From Kudoa neothunni (Eukaryota; Animalia; Cnidaria): DNA of 64,000 bases. Below are positions 51,699-64,000 of the stretch, one piece after another. Below the pieces are notes generated by a model, which had not been told where the DNA came from, did no database searches, and was given only the letters and a program-made list of their open reading frames with translations. How positions within the stretch are numbered: position 1 is the stretch's first letter; every line of letters begins with the position of its first letter. The position numbers were made by a program, and so were the translations under genes. Location of the stretch: assembly GCA_964304625.1 (NCBI GenBank), contig OZ199838.1, positions 4,303,354 through 4,367,353 of the forward strand, read 5' to 3'.

Positions 51699-53105
51699 CA
51701 GTGGAAACTGGATATTGTGTAATTTCACAAGTTATTTGAAATATAAAGGATATTTTAAATTTTTTACTCAAACTTTACTTTTATATTATTTAACTTAATG
51801 CCAACTAAGCAAGCTAAGATAAAAAGTTTTTATTAAAGAAGTATAAATTTAAGTTAGTGCGCTAAAACTAAAATCTCGCTACTGCGTAACATTTTGTTCA
51901 GTTTAATCCTCAATTAATCTTTTTTTTAATTCGGTGAAACAAAAATGGTAAGGAATCAGCGAACAGTGGCTGAAAAAATTGAAATAATCGAATACTATAA
52001 TTCAATTAAATCATTCAAAGGAGAAAAAGGAATGACTTTTAAATGCCCCAAGCCATCTAATAATATAAAATTATCTAATCCCAATATAATATATTTGTAA
52101 GGCATTCTACAATTGATAGAATTTTAGCTCCTCAATATGATATTATAAATTATATTATTTCGGCTTACAAAAATAAAAGAAGACAAGTACACAAAGTTAG
52201 TTAATTCATTCTATACTTGATTAACTAAAATGAGGAATGAAAAAAAGGTTGTTCCTGTTTACTTAATTGCTGAAAAGACAAAAAGTATCGCTAAATACAA
52301 AAGTATTGACAAATTTGCCGGTAGTATCGGTTGGTTCATCGAATTTAAAAATAGATTTGGAATTGATTTAAAAAAAATTTCATGGTGAAATCAACAATGT
52401 GAATAATCAAATTATGTGGCTTTTTTGGTAAAATCCTCAAAAATTTCACTACGATACGAAGAGCGCAAGGTAATAAGTATGGGTAATTCAAATTTTATTA
52501 AGTATATCATTTTGGTTTTATTAAAACCTTAAATTATGCATGGGAAAATGTATCATCGGCTATAATTCAAAAGTGATTCAGCAAATCTAGACTTTTTGAA
52601 CATTGTACTTTGATACTACAATATACCAAATTAAAGATTAATTAATAGATAATGAAAATTTCGCCACCTTATTTAATTGTTTATCAACTTTAATTTTTAG
52701 ATAAAAATATGACGAAACCAAAAATATTGAAGAAGAGGGAAAATATTTGAGGAATCAATAGCTTTACCTGAAGCGTATGCTGTTGATAGATTTCAAGAAA
52801 AGTTCGTTCCAACCTTTGTAAAAGATGAAGCGCTTGTGTCAACTGCGGAACTCAAACGATCAATTAATTTAATCAGAAAACTTTTGTTAGGAAACTCAAC
52901 AACATTATTTCCAAAACACACAGTTATGGAGTTCATATTTGAAATAATCCGAAAATGGCGCAAACAAATTGAAATTACCAGTTATTTTAAACCCCAATAC
53001 ATTTTTGTTTTTTGTACAAAACGCGTTTGCGCTAATATCCTATATTGCGTAATTTTTCGGGAATGGGACGAAATTACGCAATATCCAGATTTCCAAGTTC
53101 GACTG
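51699..53105 (+). mobile_element. Decayed pogo/Tigger transposon
   Basis: TA|CAGTGGAAACTGGATATTGTGTAATTTC ... GAAATTACGCAATATCCAG..CGACTG|TA; CENP-B HTH traces (RTVAEKIEII, FAGSIGWFIEFKNRFGI, HGE) and terminal KQIEITSYFK. Confidence 0.85.
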
Positions 53106-53144
53106 TAGTTGTTTGGCATAATTTGATTTGAATAAGCCTTTTTT

Positions 53145-55121
53145 CAGTAGGTAACTAGTTTCACGCACTTTTTAAAAATTATTTATTTTAATTAAGAGAT
53201 GAAGAATTGATTCAAAAATAATTTTTAATAAATAACTGCATAAGTCTTCTTTGAAAAATAAAATTATAAAATTAAGAAACAACGTACATAACACGTACGT
53301 AAGTGTCACGTGATTGGCTGGTTTACACACTCTTTGGAGCTGGGTTTTGTTGGTAATTTTGTTACTTTTTTTATTTTAATGACTAAAAAGGCACAGAGAA
53401 TTATAAAATTAACAGAAAAATATAATATAATTAAATATTATTATAACCTTCCACCCAAAGGCGCGGAAGCCCCTACCATAAAACTTTTTAAATTATCCTC
53501 AATTACGACTCTCAAAGGAATTTTAACAATGAGGGAAAATATTTTAACAATTGATGAATGCGGTCTACTTTCTAAAAACAAGAAATATTTCAATAAAGGG
53601 ACAAATAATGAAATCCGTCATACAATAAACAGAAAGATCGAATCGAGCGTTGCAAATATCATTGATAAGAGAAACGGGTTACCTAAACTTAAAAATATGT
53701 CATCAACTGCAACCTCTGAGAGGTTCCGCTGTTTTAAAAAAAGATATAATACTAAAAAGTCAATTTCCGTAATGAATCTGGCGACGTTGATCCCAAAACT
53801 ACATCAGAATAGATGTGTAAAATCGGACGCTTTGTAAGGGGTATTCAAAGGGTTGTATTTACAACATGGGTGAGACCGGTTTTTTATATCAACAGCATCA
53901 CGATAAATATTTCTCAATTTATTTTGTAATGATTTTTAAGGTAATAGTTATGTTCATTCATCCGAGAACAATACGAGAGGGATTGAAAAATCAAAAAAAC
54001 GTTTGACTATTTTATTAGGAGCTTCGTTAAGTGGAGAAAAACTAGATCCATTGTTAATCGGACACAATAAAACACCACAGTGCTTTAAGAATATTAAGAA
54101 ATTTCTGTTTTTATTCGAATCCAACAAAAAGGCTTGGATGACTCGGAATATTTTCTTGAGATACATTTCAAAAATTAATGACAACTTTATTAAAAAGGAC
54201 AAAAAGATTTTTCAAACGCAAAATTAATATTTTCCCCAACAAACACTACTAGCGGCTTTGCAGCCGTTAGACCAGGGCGTCATCCATTCCTTTAAATCAT
54301 GCTACAAGAAGTCGATGATAGAACGATTCATTCCTTGTGCTGAAATGGGAATAGAGCTAACTCCTCCGAACGTTCCAGAAGCAATGGGCTAAATTAAAAT
54401 CTGCCTGGGAGAGCATTTCTAAAAATACACTTATAAATTGTCTCATAAAAGCAGGATTTTCCTCGCTAAGACCTGCCTCAACTCAGAATGATTCATTAGT
54501 TGATAATGGTTAAAAAGTTGTTGATGATTTAATTGCAAATGAAATAACCGAAATAATCGAAGAAGAGGAATCATACGTAACTCTTAATTATAATGGCTTT
54601 GACTCTTCCGACCAGAATTATCAAATACTAGACACCAGTAAGATACTTGATACTTTTATTTTAATTAGATTTTTTGAGATTTTAACGCTAGTGATGCAGA
54701 ACAATATGACACGGGTGGAACACATAATGAAGAAAAATTCTCTAGAACAAAATTATTACCTGCAAAACGGCTTTAGAATATCTGAAAGAATTAAAATCAT
54801 TTTTCAGGGTACATGATAATAATCAAAATATTATGTTGAATGCAGCAGAAGAGTCGATATTTAAGATTCTTTCAAACAATATGAAACAAACTAAAATAAC
54901 AAAATATTTTTCTCGTATATAATGTACCCGATTTTTCATTTATAACATATTATATTAACCGCTCGGTATTGAATAATAAAATATCTTTTGAATGAATAAG
55001 TAGCACCAAAACATATATTCCGGCGCGTGCGCACAGCTTTAAGGTATGTAGAACCGGGCGTGACCAGTTTTACGCACTTTTCCCCATCCCCGAAGACATG
55101 CGTGAAACCGCTTACCTACTG
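53145..55121 (+). mobile_element. Decayed pogo/Tigger transposon with DDE transposase pseudogene
   Basis: TIR CAGTAGGTAA....TTTCACGCA at both ends; KKRLTILLGASLSGEKLDPLLIG...NKKAWMT...LQPLDQGVIHSFK...KQTKITKYF; frameshifts and stops. Confidence 0.92.
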
Positions 55122-55441
55122 TATTAACACAAAATGCAATTAATTCGAATATATTGTTATTTGATAGATGAATTTGTCGTGGATTAGGCAAAAAGTTGCA
55201 TATGGAAGCATCACTATGATGATTCTCTATTTAATATATTAATTTCCAAAAATTAGCATCGTCCCTTGTCTTAAATATGATATAAAATGGACAATCATTT
55301 TTATATGTTGTTGAGGTACACTCTCCAATTCCCGTGTGTTAAAAAAAGATTTAAAAAGCATACGAATTTCGTTCAGTAATAGACCAAAGCTTTATTAAAT
55401 ACCTTCCGATTTTATTTTTGACACCTTTTGATGTTCTAGAT

Positions 55442-55965
55442 CAGGAGTTTTCCTCATCCGGCCTGCGAGGGATGTCAATAATTAAGTTAATTAAGTATTA
55501 TCCCATTTTTTTAAATATAAAAATGTAAAAAACAAAATAGAGAATAAAATATTATTCTAAACAAATTCCTTATGTATTTTACTGATTGTACGATATTAGT
55601 CGTATTGTAACGAATGGAAATGTTTAATTATTGTTCCTTACGATTTTGAACCATCATTCAAATATATAAACATCTAAATTCAGCATTAATAAAATCAGGT
55701 AAACTTGAAAATAAAAAATTGTATAAACTAATCATTTCCTCATAAAAAGTGTCGAACTTTCACGTTCGCTATATTTTTCCCTGCATTAAAAATGAAAATG
55801 TATCTTTTAAATTTCAAAATATAAATTTAGTAATCCAATTTTCAATTGCAATATGAAAAATTCATTACATCTAAAGGATTTAAATATATTCTGGCCTCCC
55901 TTCTAGTTTGGCATGGTTATCCCACCCGGGATCCCTTATCCCTATTGGGTTGACGACCGACCCTA
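55442..55965. mobile_element. hAT MITE
   Basis: TSD ttctagat/ttctagag; CAGG...CCGGCCTGCG left end and GGTTG..CCCTA right end. Confidence 0.6.
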
Positions 55966-57217
55966 TTCTAGAGTTTCTTATTTTAGTTTGTAGGATGTAG
56001 AACGTTCATAACAGCTGATATGTGTTTGTAATTGCTCATACTATCTAAATCTCATTATTAGATAAAATTTAATGATGCTAATAAGAATAAAAAAAGTTAT
56101 TAAAATATAACTACGCGACCTATTATTTAAGTTATTGTAAATCGCGTATCAACTTTATGAGTTTTTTTTAAACATGTCCTCAAAACTTAATTAAATAATT
56201 ACAATTCGCCTAGAGTATATATTCTTAATTCCACAAAATGTTTGAAATATCAAAAAAAAATTATTATATTTCCGCTTTTCAAATTTCTCTAAATAAGTTT
56301 TCGAATGTAGTACAACAGCCGGATTTGACGTTGATCTTTAGGTCTAGATAGAGAATTTTTAAACCATCACCATAAAATTATCACAATGTGAAATCGAATA
56401 AACGATAATGCCATTTATCCCTTAAACTACAAAATAATTAGCAAATAAATCATTCTTCAAATAATCTATTCAATTTAAGTCAATCTTACCCCAAATCATA
56501 CATTATTATTGATTTTTATATATTAAGTAAAAAGTTGTTTTAATCATAAATCGATCGTTAAACGCTAATGTACACTTTTAATTTTGTACAAACTGAGAAA
56601 AAATATTCAATGAATAGGATCATAATTATCAATAATTGAATGTATAAAATCAGAGAAATGTTAACCAACAGAAAAAAACCACACTACCAGTTGATAAAGC
56701 CTTACTTAATATCAATTTCACCTGCACAGCACATAGTATTTCAAACAACAAAAATCATACGACTTCCATTATATTTTTGCAATTATAATAATTTATTATT
56801 TTATAAAACTTATGTTATCCTTTTTGTATTCTATCAAAATACAATGATATTTATATGATAATTAAATATTTAATAGCAGTTTTGAAAATTTGGAATAATT
56901 TAGGGAAATTATCATTTATTACGAAAAAAGGGTTGAAATTTCCACTAAAATCTTAGTTTTCGAGTAATTTCCCTCCATTTCAATAGAATGCCCGAGCATA
57001 TGTATTATATAGGCCGGTTGCAATAGTCACTGCCAATATTTATCGAATATTTCAACATAAAAAGTACAGATATTGCTAAAAGAAAAAAATCCGGTCCCAA
57101 TTAATTAGAGATGGTCAAACTCAAGGTCGGAACAAATATTTTCTAGGTCATCCGAATTTAATTCGAAAACACCTTTACAATCTTGGGTGAGTTTATCCAA
57201 CTAGACAAGCGGTTATA

Positions 57218-60200
57218 ATGAATAGTAATCGAAAACCGATACTTGTTGAACTCCTTCTAAAAGTTCTTCCTCAGAATCAACAAAACAAAGATCCGAATTA
57301 GGCTCTTGGGTCTTGTTTACAGCAGTTTCAAGACTAAAGAAGTAGTTTTGCCAATTTGTTTTCTTCCAACTTAATCGTTCATTTTCAGCCACATTTTAAA
57401 AATCACCAGTCTACTTGTAAATCATTTATTTTGTCTTTTATTCTCAATCTCATATCCATAAGAAATTTAACTTTTTCACCATTGGAAGTATTTTGTTCCA
57501 TGTCGGGTAGCAGCACTCACACGCAGCAAAAAAGTGCGCAAATAAGGACTGTTAGTTGAGTTTAATCGATCCGGATCGTCACCTCTCGTGTACAAGTTGG
57601 TTTGTATATATTTTTTCATTTTTCACTGGTATGTGCGATAAATTTCTATAAAAAATTGATCAAATATTTTAGCCTTTGACATTCTGGTGGAAACCATGTT
57701 GTCTTGTTCAACTTCATATGAATCTCTAAAATATCCTGCAACTGGTCTTGTTGATGTTAAAAGTCAGGTATTCTGTTATTTTTCCATTCTTTTTATCCAA
57801 ATATTCTATTAAAGCCAGTATTGTAAGTTATACGGAACCTACACAAGCAATTGAAGCTCTCCATAGTATCCACGAAAAAACATCCGCCCTCATAGCAAAT
57901 ATCTCCATGGAGAGGAAATGTATTATAGGAGTTACATTGGAAAAAAAAGAATATAAACACATTATAAATGAGTTTATTATTCTATCTGAAAAATATAATC
58001 GTATTTTTTATTTTAACCTTAAAACATGTGACTTATGTTTGCTACATTGAACAACATTTATTGTTCATTTTTCGAAAATAACCATCAAATTAGATATACT
58101 AAGACATTACTTGGAGAATCCAATTATCTTAGAGCCCTACTTAGGTATAGTTTTTGTCACATTTTAATTAGACTAATGCTGAGGAAGGAAATCTTATTGG
58201 GAGAACTTGTTGATTTAATTTCAAACGAAGAATCGCTTCTATTAGTAGAACAATACTTTGGTTATATTTTTGCCATCTACACAGTAACTAGGAGACACGT
58301 TTGGACTTTGTTAGTGTTGACATTATTCAAGACAATCAGAATCAAAAGTTTTATTAGAAATTTTGGTCAAGATGTGAATGATATCAAGAAAGTTGTGACA
58401 ATCATTGAGAAATTTCAGATCAACAATATCGTAGCATTTTTAAATCAATATTGTCAACCCAATTAATATGCATTTATATCTGTTTCTAGTTTGAAGTGGA
58501 TATTTTAGACGAATCGGTTGCATTTTCTGGTAAACTCACATTTTGTTGTTACATTTTTAATCAAAAACCAATAGAGGAGATGACCAATGAATTTAGGTAA
58601 TAACGTATTAATTTTTAAACGTGTAATGTGAGATTATGAATTTGTGCTTATATTTGAATTTTTTACAGATTGATAGTTTTGTTTGGTGTGATTCTGGTTT
58701 TGGTTTGTTGCATATCGATTCCGTTTAATCTACAACAAATTCATCCTAAGCTTTGTGAATGGGTGACAGCAATTATCAACAACATAGCAGTGAATCCCAT
58801 AAAATATGGAATATGTCATGATATAATTCCGTGGCTGTTTTCAAAGTGGGTTTCTTTAAGATCGTTCGGTTTTCACCACCCTTAGATTCCTTCATCGAGC
58901 CGACAGTTCTCAAGCTACTCGCATCAAGATGATCAAATGGTGTGTCGATTCAATTGGAATGTTTTGTTCAGCAGCCGAGCACACTTCAACCTCAAGTGTT
59001 TCTACTGTGTTTGGTATATAAGCGATTGGGTTTGCTTTGATATATATTGTCGAAAATTTGATAGCAATCATACTTTAAGAATGGAGACAGAGTAACCGAT
59101 CTTGACAAAGGTATCTTAGTTATTACTGCCAAAAGGCTTTTTCAAACTATTGAGTTATTTATTGTGTTGCAGATTTTTGAAAATTTGAATTAAAAGATAA
59201 AATTAGAGGATCAGTATGTAAAATATATAAACATGGCTGTGTCTATTTTGCCGGGCGCTCTTTTCTTTTTGAATAATAATTCAATCGTTATTATTTTTTC
59301 CAAAAATATCTTTTATAAATGTGGAATATAAATTAAGTTTCATTAATTCAGGGACGTACTTTAATATAACTAATTTGTATCAATAAAATCGATATGAAAC
59401 CAAGATGTAGTATAACTATTTGGCCAGTTCGTTTTTAAAATTCTTACGATAAGATAAATATCCCACGGAATGATTTACAAAACATTAAAATTTAATAAAA
59501 TATCGAACATTCTACTTTTTAATTTGTAAATAAATGGTACTGTGTAATTTCACATAAAATTATGCTTGAATCCTATATATCGGCATTGTTGTTACATTAT
59601 TATTATTATTATTGTCATAACAAAATTTTATGCCAAAGTCTTTAATTGTTCGTAATGCAACTTTTGGTTTACCCCTCAACTTCATTACGGTTGGCGAATT
59701 TATTCCTATAATTTCGTGAATTTCGCAACATGAATAAAATTTAAATAGTTATCAAATATGGATTTTCAACTGTAGAATCATTTACAATATCTAAGATTCC
59801 CATATCAGTTATTTTATGTGTTATTATCTCGAACTGCTTCTGGTATATCCTCCCTCTCCGTTCATGATTCTTCAGTAACGAAGTGTAAAATAAAAATTTT
59901 GCTAAAGGCACTCTCATTACATTTTGGATCTGAAATTTTTTGAAGTTTGCTGATAATATATTCAGACGTTAATTTATACTAAATTAAGTTGATTTATGAA
60001 TAGTGGAAAAAGTAAGCTACCTTATCCACAGAATCCTCGTTGAAAATTAGCGAGATTAATTCATCTAAAATCTTTATTAATAAATTAAGCTGAGTTTCCG
60101 TTTGATCAGACTCTTCTTCCATAATGATTGAACTTGGTACCATCATCGTTAAAGCTGTATTTTAAAGGTCATTTTACTCGTCTATGACGTCATACTACAT

Positions 60201-63200
60201 AAAATTAGCTTTATTTGAGAAATATACACAGGTTAATCGAAAATTTAATGTATTTTGTTGGTACTTATACGATAATTAAAATATCCTCGATGCATTTCGA
60301 TATCTAACTGTTAACTAAAAAAATGAACCTAAATTTATATTCTGCATTTATAAAAGATATTTTTTGGAAAAAATTATAACGATTAAATTATCATTTTAAG
60401 AAAAAAAGTGCGTCCGACAAAATAGGCACTGCCTACAAACATTCTTATTGAATCATTTCTTTAAAAATTGGAAATAATTCTAAGAATAGGTTGGTTTAAT
60501 CCTGGAGAATAGCGTGAGCCCATACACACTTTAATTTTTTATTATCGTGACATCTTGGATTACTCTCTAATTTAAGTATACTGAGGTATATTTGGACCCA
60601 AAAGAATTGCATACCCAATTATTTCGCGCTTTTTTTAATCTGCAGGATTAAGGTTGATTCAAGTCGTGTATAATATATTTTTCTATAGAAAAAACATCTT
60701 CGAAAATTAAATAACGACGTTTAGTACTTTCGTTATATAATTTTTCGTAACAATTATTTTTCGGCGTATGGGATAATCAACAACAAATGCATAAAGTGCA
60801 ATTAACCATAACAAAGGCTGCATTCGAAGACATTTAATTCTTGTTTTAAAACTAGAAGTTTGAAGCGTCAAATCTACGAATTATTTTTTATTAAAATTTC
60901 TCAATAATTCTAAGTAAGTTGTAGCGTCTGCGATTGATTATATTGAATTAATTTTTTACACAATTATATAAAGTTTATATAAAGTGAGAGGTTTTATGTA
61001 TGCTTAAAAATTTCGGTTGATCGTAGCGTGTTAACAGTTATTAATATTTTAAGGTACATCTACATGCAACGTTCAGGAAAAAACATTGAAAATAATATAT
61101 CTTATTAATTTAATTTTTTGTTAAAATGGATCATTTAAATAGTTTGTAAAAATTTTGGACTGTAGATTCGTTAAGATACACATTAAAGTAAAAAATTTAG
61201 TTGAACAGTTTTCTGTCGTGCGCGCGGAATGTAGTTCAAAATTTTTATGCGGTTTTCAAATTGGATGGAATTTTTAAATATAATAAATGATGTGGATGTA
61301 TAAATATTGAAATACTGCATTTCGGAGTATTATTATTATTATTCAAAAGAATTTGAATAATAATATGATTTTTTCGCCATTTAAGGATATTATTTAATAA
61401 TAATGCCTTTTATAAAACCTAATATTAATAAATTGAGTCAGTAAGAAGTAATATTTAACATATTTGCAACATTTTATTCATATTAATTGTTTAGTGCTAC
61501 TTTTGTAATAAACTGGAATATAAAGTTATTTCATATGATTTTTAACTACAGGTTATTTCAGTGCAGTTCCTTTCATTTTAGATATAACCAGAAATGTCTT
61601 ATATTATCGTAATTTCCTCACAATATTTACTGGCCTTTTTTGATTTGAGTGGTTTCCTGGTTGTTTTATTGCGGAGAATAGGAAATTTAAATTTGACTAA
61701 TGAGCTACGCAATGTCAATGATATAATCTTAGAAACGATACAATCACGTCTCATTATTCATATTATACCCAATAATTTATATTTGTTTAATTACTTGTAT
61801 TTTGTAAATAATCCGCCACATTCTTTGGCATAACAATAAAATGAAAAATGTAATATTGGTAATATAATGAGTTTACTGCATGATAATAATTTTAAAAGTC
61901 ATTATAAAGGTTTTGTATATCAGCTAAAGTTCCCATAAAAATAATGCAAATTTTTAATGTTATTCGATTATTTTATATGGTTTTATTATTGCGTTATTGG
62001 AATTGTTGTTTTTTAATCTTATATGTAATCGATATTTTAGGTTCTTTCGCGATAATTAATTTAATCCAGGATTAAATTAAAATAGCCTGCATTAAAATAA
62101 ATTTTGGTACATTTTTAATAGTTTGAGATATTCAAAAAGGAATAATATTTTAGTTTAATTACGAAGACTAATTCATTGTTAAAATGACACAGATGTTTAA
62201 TATTCGAAAAAATTAGTCATACTGTTACTCGTTTAATCTAATATCAAAAACTTTACTTATGGACAAAATTTGTAACTAAATAATTTTAATAGCTTGTTAC
62301 ACTTTCCAAAATGTGAATTTCGAGTTACTCGTCAGTAAAAAATCAATCAAAACCAAAACTGCTGCCTACAAGCTTCTGCAGGTTTGCTATTCTACTTACT
62401 GTCGTTGCTCTCACTATAACATTACTCAGAGAGTGGCAGTTATGATGTTAAAGCCTCTACGAACACAGCCCTTGAATTTGAGGTGATTGTTTACTTGTAT
62501 TAACAATTTGCCTAATAAAAAGTAGAAAACCCCATGTCAAAGATCTGATGGGAGAAAGTTGCAAACAAAAAACAAATTTAACTAATCAAGTATTTCATCC
62601 CTATATTTGTGTTGGCGGACCTCTTAAGTCTAACACAAAAATCTTATTCCTCGCTATCGAAAAAGGTTCGATAGCCGTAAAAATGATCTATTTTAGACGG
62701 TTGACCTTCAAGAAAATTCCACTGAAATTCCTATTGAAATTGATTCAATTATTGGTAATTTAGGTGTTGCTTCGTTAACGCTAATTTATTTAGAGCTGTT
62801 GCTGAATGGATTAGGTTGCGAAAGTTTCAACTCCCGGTGGTCATGTGCCAAAGGGTAATAAGATGTGTATTAAACACATATAATCACTTAATATTCCTCG
62901 ATAGAATCGGAAATATTTGTGAAAGGCTTGAAAGTGTTCTTGTAGGCGATGTGATTGAAAATATCAAAAGTCTCATCAAGTTAATGAATAAATTCTGAAT
63001 TAAAATGAGTTATTACGTATATTTATAGCACATATCAATCTTCAGAGTGTTGGCAAGGAGGTATAATGAATTTAGTCATTATATTCGTTAATTTTTCTGG
63101 ATATGTAAAAATGTTTTTTAGCATGCCTGGCTTTTGGCGAGCTATCAAGAAGATGCCTTATAACCATCGACCAACTTCCGGAAAGTAACACACATTATTA

Positions 63201-63420
63201 CAGCGAGTAACCGATTGTACGCATTAGATCAAAATTATAAAATTTAAATTGGACATAATACGTCGTTATAATTTTTTATCCATTAATGCTTGCATCAGTT
63301 ACAGAATATAGCAGAAGTTCTCCAAAAATTAGTTTTATCAAATTTGGACATGCTTTTGAGTCTTTTAACAACTTTATTGATTGGTTTTATAACTTTATTA
63401 AATTTGCATACATAAATAGA
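57218..63420 (+). CDS. Unidentified multi-exon gene (helical-repeat-like), probably continuing beyond the window
   Basis: Exon-like blocks with GT-AG boundaries at 57.2-59.3, 61.55-61.75 and 62.76-63.4 kb (e.g. ELVDLISNEESLLLVEQYFGYIF; IHPKLCEWVTAII...IIPWLFSK/FLHRAD). Several apparent indels; family not recognised. Confidence 0.45.
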
Positions 63421-64000
63421 AAGATTTTATATTGAAGATCTTATTAGGCATTTTTAAATCATTAGTTTCAACCCGAGTCCGTAAATTAAGCACTGAGACA
63501 ATCATATTAATTTTTCAATAATTTTTTTAATATATTATTAAACTACTATAAGCTATTTTTTATAAAAGAAATATTTTCAACAGCATATCTGTTGTTTGTA
63601 AAATATTTTTAAAAATTCACCTAATTAAACTAATAAGCCATTTGTCCATAATGCGAAAATTGTTTGTTTGGATATAAATGCGGGCTACCATTACTTTATT
63701 TTATTATTTATGAATTCTTTAATGACACAATTTTTCAAAATTTTATCTAAAAAATTCGGACTATTTTGAGCATAATTAAACCTGAATGTTTTATTTGACG
63801 ATTATTTTTTTTAATGATAAATGAAAATATTTTTTACTTTATACCTTATATAATGCTCTTCTTTCAAAAGTGTCGCAGTCAATTGGAAAACACCAAACGC
63901 CTCCTTCGGTTTACTAGGAGGCAGTAAAGGCACGTTAAATCATTCACTGATTGTTTTAAATTACATTAAATTATTAATAGAAATAAAATTTGTTGGTTTA

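Noticed and set aside
57290-57340. Stop-codon reassignment suggested by in-frame TAG/TAA
   Set aside because: All well-identified genes use the standard code with TAA/TGA/TAG stops; a single indel explains the break.

Overview
AT-rich eukaryotic genomic DNA with compact genes and mostly tiny (~40-60 nt) GT-AG introns, interspersed with many decayed DNA transposons (hAT, pogo/Tigger, piggyBac, MULE, Helitron). A nematogalectin gene (collagen plus galactose-binding lectin domain, a nematocyst protein) marks it as cnidarian. The compact architecture and divergent proteins suggest a myxozoan parasite (inference). Genes reconstructed by hand across introns: geminin, coilin, PRODH, CABLES-like, MTFR1-like, RPL35, NEDD8, RPB3, EMG1, SEC6/EXOC3, nematogalectin, LYPLA/APT1, a mitochondrial acyl-carrier-protein homolog, and an unidentified multi-exon gene at the right end. 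The most interesting signal is the ACP homolog, whose phosphopantetheine-attachment motif GxDSLD reads GINRFD (Ser to Arg), so it could not carry an acyl chain; this parallels the Ser-less apicomplexan mitochondrial ACP. Other signals: a ~500-nt GC-rich, highly foldable non-coding island at 41.7-42.3 kb; NRF1-like and E2F promoter motifs; nested transposons in a SEC6 intron; and single-base homopolymer frameshifts in three genes, probably assembly errors. All family assignments come from recognising motifs by eye; no database searches were run.
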